DNA of 64,000 nucleotides from Eledone cirrhosa (taxonomy: Eukaryota). The DNA lies in NCBI GenBank assembly GCA_964016885.1, contig OZ024741.1, forward strand, positions 43,958,001 to 44,022,000, read 5' to 3'. The position numbers were made by a program, and so were the translations under genes. The notes beneath the pieces were generated by a model that saw only the letters and a list, made by a program, of their open reading frames with translations, made no database searches and was not told the origin of the DNA. Positions 28,401 to 38,844 of this stretch are shown here, piece by piece. Within the stretch, counting starts at the first letter, position 1; every line of letters begins with the position of its first letter.

Positions 28401-28891
28401 ACCGAGGGGCTTTACCCGTTCGAGAAAGGCTCTACAGACACGGGCGCCCGGGTAGGGACCCCGCCAAAAAGATCTGTCCCAGATGCGTGTGCGACGAGGA
28501 AACCGTTGCACACGCATTGGTACACTGCTCGGGCGTAGCCGATCTGTGGGGCTATGTCGAACAACTGCTGTCAAGGGTGGGACCGATCCGGTTGACCACC
28601 GAGTCTATTGTAATGATCAAGCCGCCTCCCCCCTTCAAAGATGAAGCAGAGGCGGTGTTTCTGTGCGTAATAGCCATGGCGAAAGAGGTTGTATGGTGGA
28701 CGCGTCTGAAAGGACTGAGGTCAGGCACCTTTCTCTCTGGCCAACAACTGGTCCGTTTCTTCCGATATCATTTCGGAAGAAGGATCAGGATGGAGAGAGA
28801 GGTGCTGCACCCCAGCCGTTTCTATGAAAGATGGGTGAAAGTGGCGAGAATGGCCCGTGTGAATGGGCCTTCACTCTACATCAGACTATAG
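25454..28891 (+). CDS. LINE ORF2: APE endonuclease, reverse transcriptase and C-terminal Zn finger
   Basis: CLNARGL, VGDWN, YLDRF, SDH; KSPGLDGLP, NFRPITLLN, LDQSKAFDRVDH, RQGCPLS, YADD; CPRC..ETVAHALVHC. First in-frame ATG at 25454. Confidence 0.95.
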   Translation: MAMLRVGCLNARGLGSTWKQAMLLNDLRSQRIDVMVICEARISNVRQLAPTFDDFEMHASLCQPGGGGGVVVLLQKHLGLATQMVHLDPEGRLVVLDLGSGKGGAFRLVAAYGPFGSMRPDFFHRLETFLGTSRSLLLVGDWNGILDARWDYVGACPDREGCNSLKGLIGRFDLADRYRLDFPTAPTWTWANRSGSSRSYLDRFLVRIKDKDFLSCPKMRMVGYSDHKLVTCMVNLDRTHRQGPGYWKLNLSLPASRAYRNRISTLVKERLTGAIVNSRWWVSLKREIRVVSIEFSKVLAADRNRKERELIDRVEEAIRSGDVARVLASRTALSQFFDAKHEGCVVRSKIRALGNEGTKAVSWARVTEANSGTKSTIRSLRDLDGRAILEPKQMCEAFQRHFARLFGRGGEPVGNVDFGPYLDGLPRLSDREAKSCEEPISAAEIEDVLSQCGKRKSPGLDGLPYELYLAMPDLFPNLLEAVYCNWQQNGRIPCTVTKGVVTLVRKDENKGDEISNFRPITLLNTELQILAKVLAKRLALVVGNLVGDAQTCAIPSRSIHDNLHLMRYIIERVGNEPGFGGALINLDQSKAFDRVDHGYLDAVLAAAGFGPVFRGWITAMHSSRICSRVKVNGYLSEPFQIARSIRQGCPLSSLLYVLTLEPLLRKLELLQGIPLEPGLRKAVSAYADDVTVMVSTASEIEAVGTLLEEYERFTGAKLNRDKSIGLQLGTWRGRPMPSDSVVGRWTEGPVKLLGVWFGPDLQVEKNWAEVTNRVFALTQKWASCKLSLKGRAEVANTYIASVIYYRLTVVPCPRETLTKMERALFQFLWKRRAPMVRRSICCQHPSKGGLGMPWLMMRKHALRLRHLYVFLTGQPVWASFVRRTFPRLVSLTELQSWVKQRPRKLGAWHTECAQALTALWQADPVISGDSTATFYRGLVRSRCDDALGEALDMEEDELASLFGRTFSPGPMDNFQKSLAWQCYRGALPVRERLYRHGRPGRDPAKKICPRCVCDEETVAHALVHCSGVADLWGYVEQLLSRVGPIRLTTESIVMIKPPPPFKDEAEAVFLCVIAMAKEVVWWTRLKGLRSGTFLSGQQLVRFFRYHFGRRIRMEREVLHPSRFYERWVKVARMARVNGPSLYIRL

Positions 28892-29158
28892 GTGAGGAAG
28901 ATGAAAGACCAAGGGAGCACCCCTTCTCTGTGCTCCTGAGGAGAAGGGTTGCACACTTTTTTCGGGGGTGTGTGCGACCCCCCAAGGCGCCTCCTCTCTA
29001 TTGAGGATTTTGTTAAAAATTTTATTTTTTGTTATATCTTATTTTATTTTTATATTTTGTTATTGCCTCCTCCTTATTGAGGACGCCTTTTTGTGTAAAC
29101 TCCCCCCCTTTGTACTTGTCCCACTTTTGATGCCCTATTGGCAAATAAAAGAAACATA

Positions 29159-29218
<60 letters not shown>

Positions 29219-29271
29219 CCTATATACAAACTGATAGACGTTGTTTAGTTGTCTTCTCTGTTATATATATA

Positions 29272-29648
29272 TACGATATTAAATAAATGGAAACTATATT
29301 TATAAAACCATATTTATTTCATTATATATATTTCAGGGATATCATATTAACAATATGCTATACCTTCCTCAGACAAAATACAATATAAACAGTTTTATAG
29401 ATAAATAGATTTGACATACCGTACAACATCGACTTGTATTTGAAAAGTTGAATTGGCAGTCTGCCAATTCAACTTTTCAAATACAAGTCGATGTTGTACG
29501 GTATGTCAAATCTATTTATCTATAAAACTGTTTATATTGTATTTTGTCTGAGGAAGGTATAGCATATTGTTAATATGATATCCCTGAAATATATATAATG
29601 AAATAAATATGGTTTTATAAATATAGTTACCATTTATTTAATATCGTA
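29272..29648. repeat. Fold-back palindrome, 188 bp arms, 1-nt centre at 29460, one HHR per arm
   Basis: ttggcag-T-ctgccaa centre; one mismatch noticed between arms. Confidence 0.96.
29542..29603 (+). ncRNA. Type I hammerhead (mirror copy 29317-29378 minus)
   Basis: ttttgt-CTGAGGA-agg..catatt-gtt-aatatg..cct-GAAA-TATATA-TA-atgaaa. Confidence 0.75.
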
Positions 29649-29732
29649 AATATACTCCAAATACTTGTCGAGTGCTTTTATATCAGTTATAAATATTTAC
29701 TAGTTGTAACCCAACAATTTAAATATAACTTT

Positions 29733-29819
<87 letters not shown>

Positions 29820-29968
29820 AATTAATAGACGTTGTTTAATTGTGTTCTCTGTTATATATATATATAATAATATTAATAAATTTGAAGACTAAAATCCAAA
29901 GAGGGCTCAATAAGGATATTGTATATCGAATATCTAACAACCGTAGAGCGAATATTTATTAAAATAAC

Positions 29969-30019
29969 AGTTTCAGAAGATCCCGTTAAGGGTGAAAGCA
30001 GCGATGCTTTGCTTAAAAT
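29969..30019 (+). ncRNA. Variant-core hammerhead (CAGAAGA), fourth copy
   Basis: agttt-CAGAAGA-tcccgttaagggt-GAAA-gca...tgc-TT-aaaat. Confidence 0.6.
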
Positions 30020-30267
30020 TTAATCTGTTATTTTAATATATATATATATATATATATAAACGGAAAAAATGAAACGAAATTTAATTTCCCACACTTAGTA
30101 CGGCTGTTACTTAAATATAAGTATGTACACGTACAATCATACATGCACACAGACGCACAGTAACTCACCGATTAACCCACTCGATATGCAAATCTGGCTG
30201 CTCAGCCGTTAATATTTAAAAGGAAAGTATATACTTTCAGACGTTCAATCATCTGGCAGGAAGGTAT

Positions 30268-30310
30268 ACGTTGCTGACGATAGCTAATAAGCTTGAAACT
30301 AGTACAACGT
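30268..30310 (+). ncRNA. Minimal type I hammerhead
   Basis: acgttg-CTGACGA-t-agct-aata-agct-t-GAAAC-TA-GTA-caacgt. Confidence 0.9.
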
Positions 30311-30695
30311 TCCTTTGTCAGTGTTGATCAAACGAGCAATGGTGGTTGCTAGACACTAGGGCTTAATACGGGATGTTTGTTTACAAACACACCGAGCATC
30401 ATAATAAATGATCGGTGAATCCATACGTACATATATATATGTATGCATGTATGTATATATGTATACATACTTCTGTGCGTCTGTGTGCATGTATGTATGT
30501 ACGTGTACATATTTATATTTAAGTAACAGCCGTACTAAGAGTGGGAAATGAAATTTCGTTTCATTTTTTCCGTTTATCGTTTTCGGAGTACCCGGCCGAT
30601 TAACCCATTCGATATGCAAATTAGGCGGCTCAGCCGTTAATATCCATAAGGAAAGTATATACTTTCCGACGTTCAATCATCTGGCAGGAAGGTAT

Positions 30696-30738
30696 ACGTT
30701 GCTGACGATAGCTAATAAGCTTGAAACTAGTACAGCGT
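30696..30738 (+). ncRNA. Minimal type I hammerhead, tandem copy
   Basis: Same as 30268 with stem I acgttg/cagcgt (G-U wobble). Confidence 0.88.
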
Positions 30739-30934
30739 TCCTTTGTCAGTGTTGAACTAACGAGCAACGATGGTTGCTAGACGCTTCGGCTTAATACGGG
30801 ATGTTTGTTTACAAACACACCGACCATTATAATAAATGTTCGGTGAATCCATACGTACATATATATATATGTGTGCATGTATATATGTATACATACTACT
30901 GTGCGTCCGTGTGCATGTATGTATGTACGTGTAC

Positions 30935-31008
<74 letters not shown>

Positions 31009-31141
31009 TCTGAATTTGTTTAGCAAGAATCTTTATCTGAAAGCGTGTATGAAACCGATATTGTTATACTTTGGGAGGGTCATGTTGCCAATATATATAT
31101 ATATATAACAGAGAAGGCAATTAAACAACGTCTATTAGTTT

Positions 31142-31251
31142 AAGCAACTGGTGCGTGTGTTTCTTATTGGCAACATGACCCTCCCAAAGTATAACAATAT
31201 CGGTTTCATACACGCTTTCAGATAAAGATTCTTGCTAAACAAATTCAGAAA

Positions 31252-31299
<48 letters not shown>

Positions 31300-31410
31300 T
31301 TTCTGAATTTGTTTAGCAAGAATCTTTATCTGAAAGCGTGTGTTGAAACCGATATTGTTATACTTTGGGAGGGTCATGTTGCCAATAAGAAACACACGCA
31401 CCAGTTGCTT
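31142..31410. repeat. Palindrome with about 112 bp arms centred on a (TA)n tract; third copy 31007-31092
   Basis: aagcaactggtgcg...cagaaacg-(AT)n-cgtttctg...caccagttgctt; related to the ends of 13273-13664. Confidence 0.93.
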
Positions 31411-31505
31411 TCACTTCAATTTAATATAATAAATTTATAAATTCAGGAATTTATAAATTTCCGGTTGGTTGGTTGGTTCCACAATCAGATGGTTGTTTAT
31501 ATATT

Positions 31506-31548
31506 GTCAAAGTTCTTTCGTCACACATTATGTGACCTCTTCAGTGAC
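31506..31548 (-). ncRNA. Minimal type I hammerhead
   Basis: Minus strand gtca-CTGAAGA-g-gtcacat-aat-gtgtgac-GAAA-gaac-TT-tgac; decayed homolog near 1412-1455(+). Confidence 0.8.
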
Positions 31549-33233
31549 TGGTTATTCTTTTCTTTGTTTTTGTAACTCTCCTTTCTTCTTTCCTACGCAA
31601 ACTTATCACACAACACACACACAGAAACAAATATCATCATGGGATCATATCTGCGTTCTCATCAGATAAAATAGGGATACATGATATGAAGCTTAAAATA
31701 CACTTTTGAATAGTGAAGTTTTAAATCAACATATGAAAAATCATTTAAGATTGATGTATGAGATTGGGAAACAGTGATGGGGGTTAGAAAAGGTAAGGAA
31801 GAGGAGAGGAAGAGAGATGGGTAATAGAGTGAGAGAGATAGCCTTTACCACTGATAAAAAATATATATTGTCTGCCAGAGAGAAGTTAAAAAGCTGTTGG
31901 AAGATAATAGATAATTTAAAAGAATTTGAAATTAAAAGTTAATGAGGTTTATGCATGAAGAGAAAAAGGAATTAAGAATAATATTAAATTAAGGTTTGTA
32001 TATTGAAGGGTTTAATGTGCGAGGAAAAGAAATTATTAATATGTATTATTTAAAATATAAATATTAATGTTATTAAGGATATAATGTGAAAGAAGGAGAA
32101 GAATGAATGAGTTATGAATTTAGAGGAATTAGTTAGGGTTTAAATTTGTTTTTATGTAATGTAATATATGTACGTAATAGATTGTTTTAAAATTAGCGCA
32201 GAAGGTAAAGAAGAAAAGAATGTTTAAGGAAGAAAATATCTAACATCAAAAAATATATATGTTTACGAAATATTTTCTAATGGTAATAATATAATATATT
32301 AAAAGAAATTAGTTAGGGTTTAAGTTTGTTTTTATGTATTGTACTATGTAAAAGTCAAACGAGCATGATAAGATGAGATAAGAGAAATTTAAGGAAGAAA
32401 AATCTAACGTCAAAAAAAATGTTTATGTTTACGAATGACTTTTAAAGTTAATACTATAATGTATTAAAAAAAAAAAATGTTATGGCCAATGATATGAGGA
32501 AAGATGGAAGAATGGATAATGTTGTGGTGAGTAATAATAATAATTGAGAAGTAGTTAGGAAGAAAAAGTACAGATTAGATGTTAGAAATTAAAAAGAAAA
32601 GAGGAAGAAAGGAAAGTGATAAAGAGGAATGATGTAGAATGAGTAACTTGTATTATATAATATATAATAAATAATATTGAAATAAGGTAGAAAGATGGGT
32701 ATATTTTTAATAGAGAAAAAGGATTTTAAACTAGTAAGGTATTAGATATTAGCTGTATACTTTATGGAATGTTTTGTGGAATTTATGCAAGCAGAGAGAA
32801 AATAAATCCGTGCGTCTATTTATTATAGAATTGAAATTAGATATAATGGTAAATTTCTCAGCTAGGCAAATATTACATGTTAAGGATAGGGAGGCATTCA
32901 AGAGTGACGTTTCAGAACTCATATGGTCCTTGAAAGACAAAAATATTAACTATCACATCTCTTGGAGAAAGGTTTGTTCTGCCTCTCCCTACTTGAATGC
33001 CTCCCTATCCAGGACATGTAATCTTTGCTTAGCTGAGAAATTTACATTATATCTAATTTCAATTCTATAATAAAGAGACGCAAGGATTTATTTTCTATCT
33101 GCTTGCATAAATTCTACAGAACATTCCATAAAGTATACAGCTAATATCTAATACCTTACTAGTTTAAAATCCTTTTTCTCAAAAATATACCCATCTTTCT
33201 ACATTATTTCAATATTATTTATTATATATTATA

Positions 33234-33421
33234 TAATTGTTTCTACTATTGGCACAAGGCCAGAAATTACCCAGTACATTACTGGTACTTTATTTTATCG
33301 ACCCCGTAAGGATGAAAGGCAAAGTTAACCTCGGCGGGATTTGAACTCAGAATAGCAAGGGCCGTAACTCTATGCATCAAAGCATGGCGTCCGACCCTCT
33401 ACCGATACTGCCAATCCACCA
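33234..33421 (-). mobile_element. Nin-domain SINE inserted in one arm of the fold-back
   Basis: Full family sequence; absent at the mirrored position near 32655. Confidence 0.88.
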
Positions 33422-34475
33422 ATACAAGTTACTCATTCTATATCATTTCTCTTTATCACTTTCTTTTCTTCCTTTTTCTTTTTTTAATTTCTAACCTCTA
33501 ATCAGTACTTTTTCTTCCTAACTACTTCTCAAATCTAATTATTACTCACCACAACATTATCCATTATTCCATCTTTCCTCATATCATTGGCCATCAAAAC
33601 TATTATTTTTTAAATACATACTATTACCTTTAATACATACTATTACCTTTAATAGTCCTTCGTAAACATAAACATTTTTTTTTACGTTAGATTTGTCTTC
33701 CTTAAATTCCTCTTATCTCATCCTTTCATTCTCGTTTGACTTTTACATATTACAATACATAAAAACAAACTTAAACCCTAACTAATTTCTTTTAATATAT
33801 CATATTATTACCATTAGAAAATATTTCGTAAACATATATATTTTTTGATGTTAGATATTTTCTTCCTTAAACATTATTTTCTTCTTTGCCTTCTGCGCTC
33901 ATTTTTAAACAAACTATTTACGTACACATATTACGTACACATATTACATTACATAAAAACAGATTTAAACCCTAACTAACTCCTCTAAATTCTTAAATCA
34001 TTCATTCTTCTCCTTCTTTTCACATTATATCCTTAATAACATTAATATTTTTATTTTAAAAATTTCTTTTCCACGCACATTAAACCCTTCAATATACAAA
34101 CCTTAATTTAATATTATTCTTAATTCCTTTTTCTCTTCATGCATAAACCTAATTACCTTTTAATTTCAAAATCTTTTAAATTATCTATTATCTTCCAACG
34201 GCTTTTTAACTTCTCTCTGTGAGACAATATTTTTTTTTTCTCAGTTGTAAAGGCTATCTCTCTTTCTCTATCACCCATCTCTCCTCCTCTTTCATCCTTC
34301 CTTCTTATACTCCTCCCCCACCATTCTTTACTCTCATCTCCTCCTCTTCCTTACCTTTTCCAACCCCCCTCACTTTTTCCAAATCTCATACATCAATCTT
34401 AAATGATTTTTCATATGTTGATTTAAAACTTCACTATTGACAAGTGTTTTTTAAGCTTCATATCATGTATCCCTG

Positions 34476-34542
34476 TTTTATCTGATGAGAACACAGATAT
34501 CATCCCATAATGATATTTGTTTTTGAAATGCGCATAATAAAA
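34476..34542 (+). ncRNA. Type I hammerhead
   Basis: ttttat-CTGATGA-gaacacagatatcat..atgatatttgttttt-GAAA-TGCGCA-TA-ataaaa. Confidence 0.88.
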
Positions 34543-34579
34543 TACTTGGAACTATTTTAAACATCTTTTGATCTTATAT

Positions 34580-34619
<40 letters not shown>

Positions 34620-34709
34620 GGAGGTGAGTTTTATTGTAGTACAATAAAGCAATGCAGATATCGGATAAGAAGCACTCTACAGTTTGTAGGACTGGAGTAT
34701 ACATATTAT

Positions 34710-35812
34710 ATAAGAACAAAAGATGGTTAAAAGAGTTCCATGTATTTTATTATGCGCTTTTCAAAAACAAATATCATCATGCAATAATATTTGTGTTTTC
34801 ATCAGATAAAACAGGAGGACATGATATGAAGGTTAAAAAACGCTTGTGGATAGTTCAGTTTTAAATCAACATATGAGGAGTAGTTTTAGATTGATGTGTG
34901 ATATTGGGAAAAATATTTTATTTAGAGGGGGGGGGGGAAAGGATGAAAAAAAGGAGATGAGAGTGAAGGTGGAGAGGGAGGAGTATAATGAGGAAGGATG
35001 AGATAGGAGGAGAGATGGGTGATAGAGAGAGAGAGATAGCTTTTATAACTGAGAAAGATATATTGTTTTACATAGAGAGGTTGAAAACCGATGGAAGATA
35101 ATGTATAAATTAAAAGAATTTGAAAATTAACGAAGAGAAAAATAATGTAAAGTTAAGGTTTGTATATTGAGGGGTTTGATAATATGTGCGAAGAAAAAGA
35201 AAGACTTAATATGTATTGAGAATAATGAGTTAGATGATAGGGCGAAAAGGATAATGAATTGAGGATGAATAATCTAACGTCAAAAAAAATGTATATGTTT
35301 ACCAAGGATTTTTACAAGGTGATATAGAGTAAGAATGTGTTGTATTATGTAATAATTGATTCTATGTTAGGCAAGAGTGAGAAAAGTTAATTTTCAATTT
35401 CTTTTAATTCATACATTTTCTTCCAACGGTTTTCAACCTCTCTATGTAAAACAATATATCTTTCTCAGTTATAAAAGCTATCTCTCTCTCTCTATCACCC
35501 ATCTATCCTCCTATCTCATCCTTCCTCATTATACTCCTCCCTCTCCACCTTCACTCTCATCTCTTTTTTTTTTTCATCCTATCCACCCCACCCCCTCTAA
35601 ATAAAATATTTTTCCCAATATCACACATCAATCTAAAACTACTTCTCATATGTTGATTTAAAACTGAACTATCCACAAGTGTTTTTTAACCTTCATATCA
35701 TGTCCTCCTGTTTTATCTGATGAAAACACAAGTATTATTGCATGATGATATTTGTTTTTGAAATGCGCATAATACAATACATGGAACTCTTTTAACCATC
35801 TTTTGTTCTTAT
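34710..35812. repeat. Inverted repeat (34710-35130 / 35385-35812) of the same PLE 3' region; HHRs at 34745-34811(-) and 35711-35777(+)
   Basis: Arms are reverse complements and homologous to 34150-34570. Confidence 0.9.
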
Positions 35813-35834
35813 ATATATATATATATATACACTA

Positions 35835-36446
35835 TGAAGCATTAATGCTAAAACTGTGAAATATTGCATGTATTCATTTCAACTCTGCCTATTAACAACT
35901 GCATTTCTTGATTGTTTCTTTCCATGGACTATGTTGAAGAATATACCCCATGTGTTCATTCTATGCGAGTGTTTGTTTAGCCTATGAACTTTTCAACCAA
36001 CCCTAGTAAATGTGTATTTATGTATGTGTGTGTGACTTACATTCATTCGTTTTGCCTATCTTACCTCTTTTTCTTCTCCAAGAATCACTCCTCGCCTCTT
36101 TCTGTGGTTCACTTTCAGATGCCTGCCTAAAGTCCTTATGCATTATCTATTGTAACTCGTTCGTTTTAAACATAATACACTGTTATTGTAAGGTGACGTT
36201 CACTGGTATTGTTCATTTATACACATCAATGTGTGAATAACATTGTAGAATAAATGTTAATATATAATACAATAGTGAAATATTACATTTGATGTAACAC
36301 GATGTTATTCATTATAGTGTAAGACAGGGTGGTTGATGGATTGGCAGTATCGGTTGAGGGTTGGACCCCAGGCTTTGCAGCATAGAGTTACGGCCCTTTA
36401 TGATCTGAGTTCAAATCCCGCCGAGGTTAACTTTGCCTTTCATCCT
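35835..36446. repeat. Right arm of inverted duplication (partner 17729-18340)
   Basis: Reverse complement with scattered substitutions. Confidence 0.95.
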
Positions 36447-36728
36447 TACGTGGTTGATAAAATGAAGTACCAGTCACGCACTGGGGTCGATTTAATCGAC
36501 TTCCTCCTCCCCGAGCATTACTGGCCTTCTGCCTATACTAGAAATCGTTATACATTCTAATTGTTTCTACTTTTTGGCACAAGACCAGCAATTACCCAGT
36601 GCATTACTGGTACTTTATTTTTATCGACCCCGTAAGGAAGAAAGGCAAAGTTAACCCCGGCGGGATTTGAACTCAGAAATGCGTCAAAGCATGGCGTCCG
36701 ACCCTCTACCGATATTGCCAATCCACCG
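36327..36728. mobile_element. Two Nin-domain SINEs tail-to-tail (36327-36555 plus, 36558-36728 minus)
   Basis: B box gagttcaaatcc and core gcctttcatcc..gataaaatgaagtaccag. Confidence 0.85.
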
Positions 36729-37731
36729 TTATTCATTATAATGTAAGTCAATGCAATCTTAAATCATTATATATATATATATATATATAAACACACAAAC
36801 GTTGATCCTCTTTAACATTTCTTACGTCGTGTTAAAGTAGGCATTTCATTATTGGCAGTTCATAGACCGGACGGAAATAATGTTATATGCGTTGAAAGAT
36901 CCGTTGCTACTCGTGGTATTTTAACCTTTTTGAATGTTATTTTAAATAGCCATTCCAATGCCGATAGCAGAAAATATGGAGGTGAAGAAATTGGTGGAGA
37001 AAAATATCATCGGTGATCATGGAATGTACTTCATTAGTATAAGGCCTGCTTGAGATTGGCACACTTGCAATGATATTCAGTTACTATTATGATTCCCAGT
37101 GCTATTATTCGTTTGAAAGCCCTAACAGAGACTGTGTAATTAGCACTTTCTTTATTGCCGAATAAAGAGCCTACCATTGCGTCTGCCATTCTTGAACTGA
37201 AGCGACCAGCATCGTCTTTTTGTAATCGCACATACTTGTGTGTTCCTTTTAGTTTAGTCCATAGCATTTTCTATTGTACCTTACATTTAGATATTTGCAA
37301 AAGTCCAAGTCTCACAGAGAACTCCTTGTGAAACTCTTTCGTATTAGAACATTAAAAATGTTTGCAGGGAAATGAACATTTAAACTGAACATTGATACTT
37401 TAGCACATACCCGATATAGAACATTACACATATACTTTACTGAACTATTTTGACTTAATTGCTCTTTGTGATTGCACTGGCTCTATAGCCAAGTCTCTTG
37501 CGGAAAGGACTCGAAAGTTTTGAACAAACCCAGCAGGTTGCTAACTATGTCATAACCAAGTCATTTCGCTTCAGTAAAGGTGGCAAAAGCTTCTAGCTTA
37601 TCTATGCTTCTATTGAAACTTTTCAAAATGTTGTTATATTACATTCCAGGAATATTGTCGAAATATCTTTTATTATATGCATAACTATACATTCACAAAC
37701 TCAAACTAAAACTTATGTGAGAGAAATGAAA

Positions 37732-38118
37732 TAATTGTTTCTACTTTAGGCACAAGGCCAGCAATTACCCAGTGCATTACTGGTACTTTATTTTATCGAC
37801 CCAGTAAGGATGAAAGGCAAAGTCAACCTCGGCGAGATTTGAACTCAGATCATAAAGGGACGTAACTATGCTGGAAAGCATGGCGTCCGACCCTCTACCA
37901 ATACTGCCAATCCACCACCTGAGTGAAATGAAATAATTGTTTCTACTTTTGGCACAAGGCCAGCAATTACCCAGTACATTACTGGTACTTTATTTTATCG
38001 ACCCCGTATGGATAAAAGGCAAGGTTAACCTCGGCGGGATTTGAACTCAGATCATAAAGGGAGGTAACTATGCTGGAAAGCATGTCCGAGCCTCTACCGA
38101 TACTGCCAATTCACCGCC
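37732..38118 (-). mobile_element. Two tandem Nin-domain SINEs
   Basis: Copies 37732-37919 and 37934-38118 separated and flanked by tgag(a/t)gaaatgaaataat direct repeats. Confidence 0.9.
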
Positions 38119-38844
38119 CATGAGTGAAATGAAATAATGACATATAATTATATTTGTTTCGTAGCCAGAAGGGAATAATTCATAACGTGATAATTTATGG
38201 TATATTACTCAAACCAAATATATTGTTACATATTACAAGATGAAGTAAGGCGAAATATAGAAGCCATCGTAGAAAAATGCTGCAGTCAGAGAAAAGAAGC
38301 CAAAGAATACGTTCCAAAACGCAATCCGCAATAGCTGCCGGAGGATAACTTGATTATTGAACAAAATGTGATTGTACAAAACGATCAGAAATTTGTTGAT
38401 CCCTATTAAAGTTTCATTATAACGATGGGATCTCATATTTTATATTGAACATTTTTAATATCTTGTTCAATTATTTGGTGCTACTCTAGGTACAAAGTAT
38501 TAGAACGCTAAGGCTATACTACAGATGTATGTACTCATATGAATAATGTTGTCAGTGAAAAGGCAACTTTCGCATTTCAGGTAGGGTTAGTGAGGGATAT
38601 GGTGTAATATAAAACATTCTGAACATAAGTAATTTATTATTTCTGTAAATGTTGGGTTTTTAACAGTTTTTACATCCTATTCCAATAACTACCTATATAA
38701 TAACTAACAGAAACAAAACAAAAAACGAAAAACAATAAAGGTGCAAACACTTGCAACATTATATATGAGAATATATTGTTTCGTGAACCCAGGTTACAAA
38801 AAATAATATTGACAATTGTGAAAAAATATTGAGTTTATTTGCGA

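Larger units (their letters stand above)
23431..29157 (+). mobile_element. Full-length, apparently intact Tx1-like (L1 clade) non-LTR retrotransposon
   Basis: 5' UTR, two uninterrupted ORFs, T-rich 3' UTR ending aataaaagaaa, flanked by (TATC)/(TA)n on both sides. Confidence 0.93.
30059..30945 (+). mobile_element. Retrozyme-like non-coding element: two tandem about 428 bp units plus an inverted terminal piece
   Basis: 30168-30510 repeats at 30595-30945; 30059-30135 is the reverse complement of 30499-30577; bounded by (TA)n. Confidence 0.8.
31625..34570. mobile_element. PLE-derived fold-back: about 1.25 kb inverted arms around a GIY-YIG C-terminal remnant
   Basis: 31625-32885 is the reverse complement of 33010-34525; centre encodes SELIWSLKDK..YHISW..CNLCLAEK..NRRTDLFSLCLH; SINE in right arm only. 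Confidence 0.85.

Noticed and set aside
25906-28574. Many overlapping and antisense ORFs inside LINE ORF2
   Set aside because: Shadow frames of a GC-rich coding sequence.
31030-31072. CTGAAAG...GAAAC motif in the 31007-31410 cassettes
   Set aside because: Core does not fit CUGANGA and no stem II is evident.
36327-36425. tRNA-like sequence with A and B boxes
   Set aside because: SINE head without a full cloverleaf; not a tRNA gene.
37720-38140. Repeat-spacer pattern resembling a CRISPR array
   Set aside because: The spacers are SINE copies, the context is eukaryotic and there are no cas genes.
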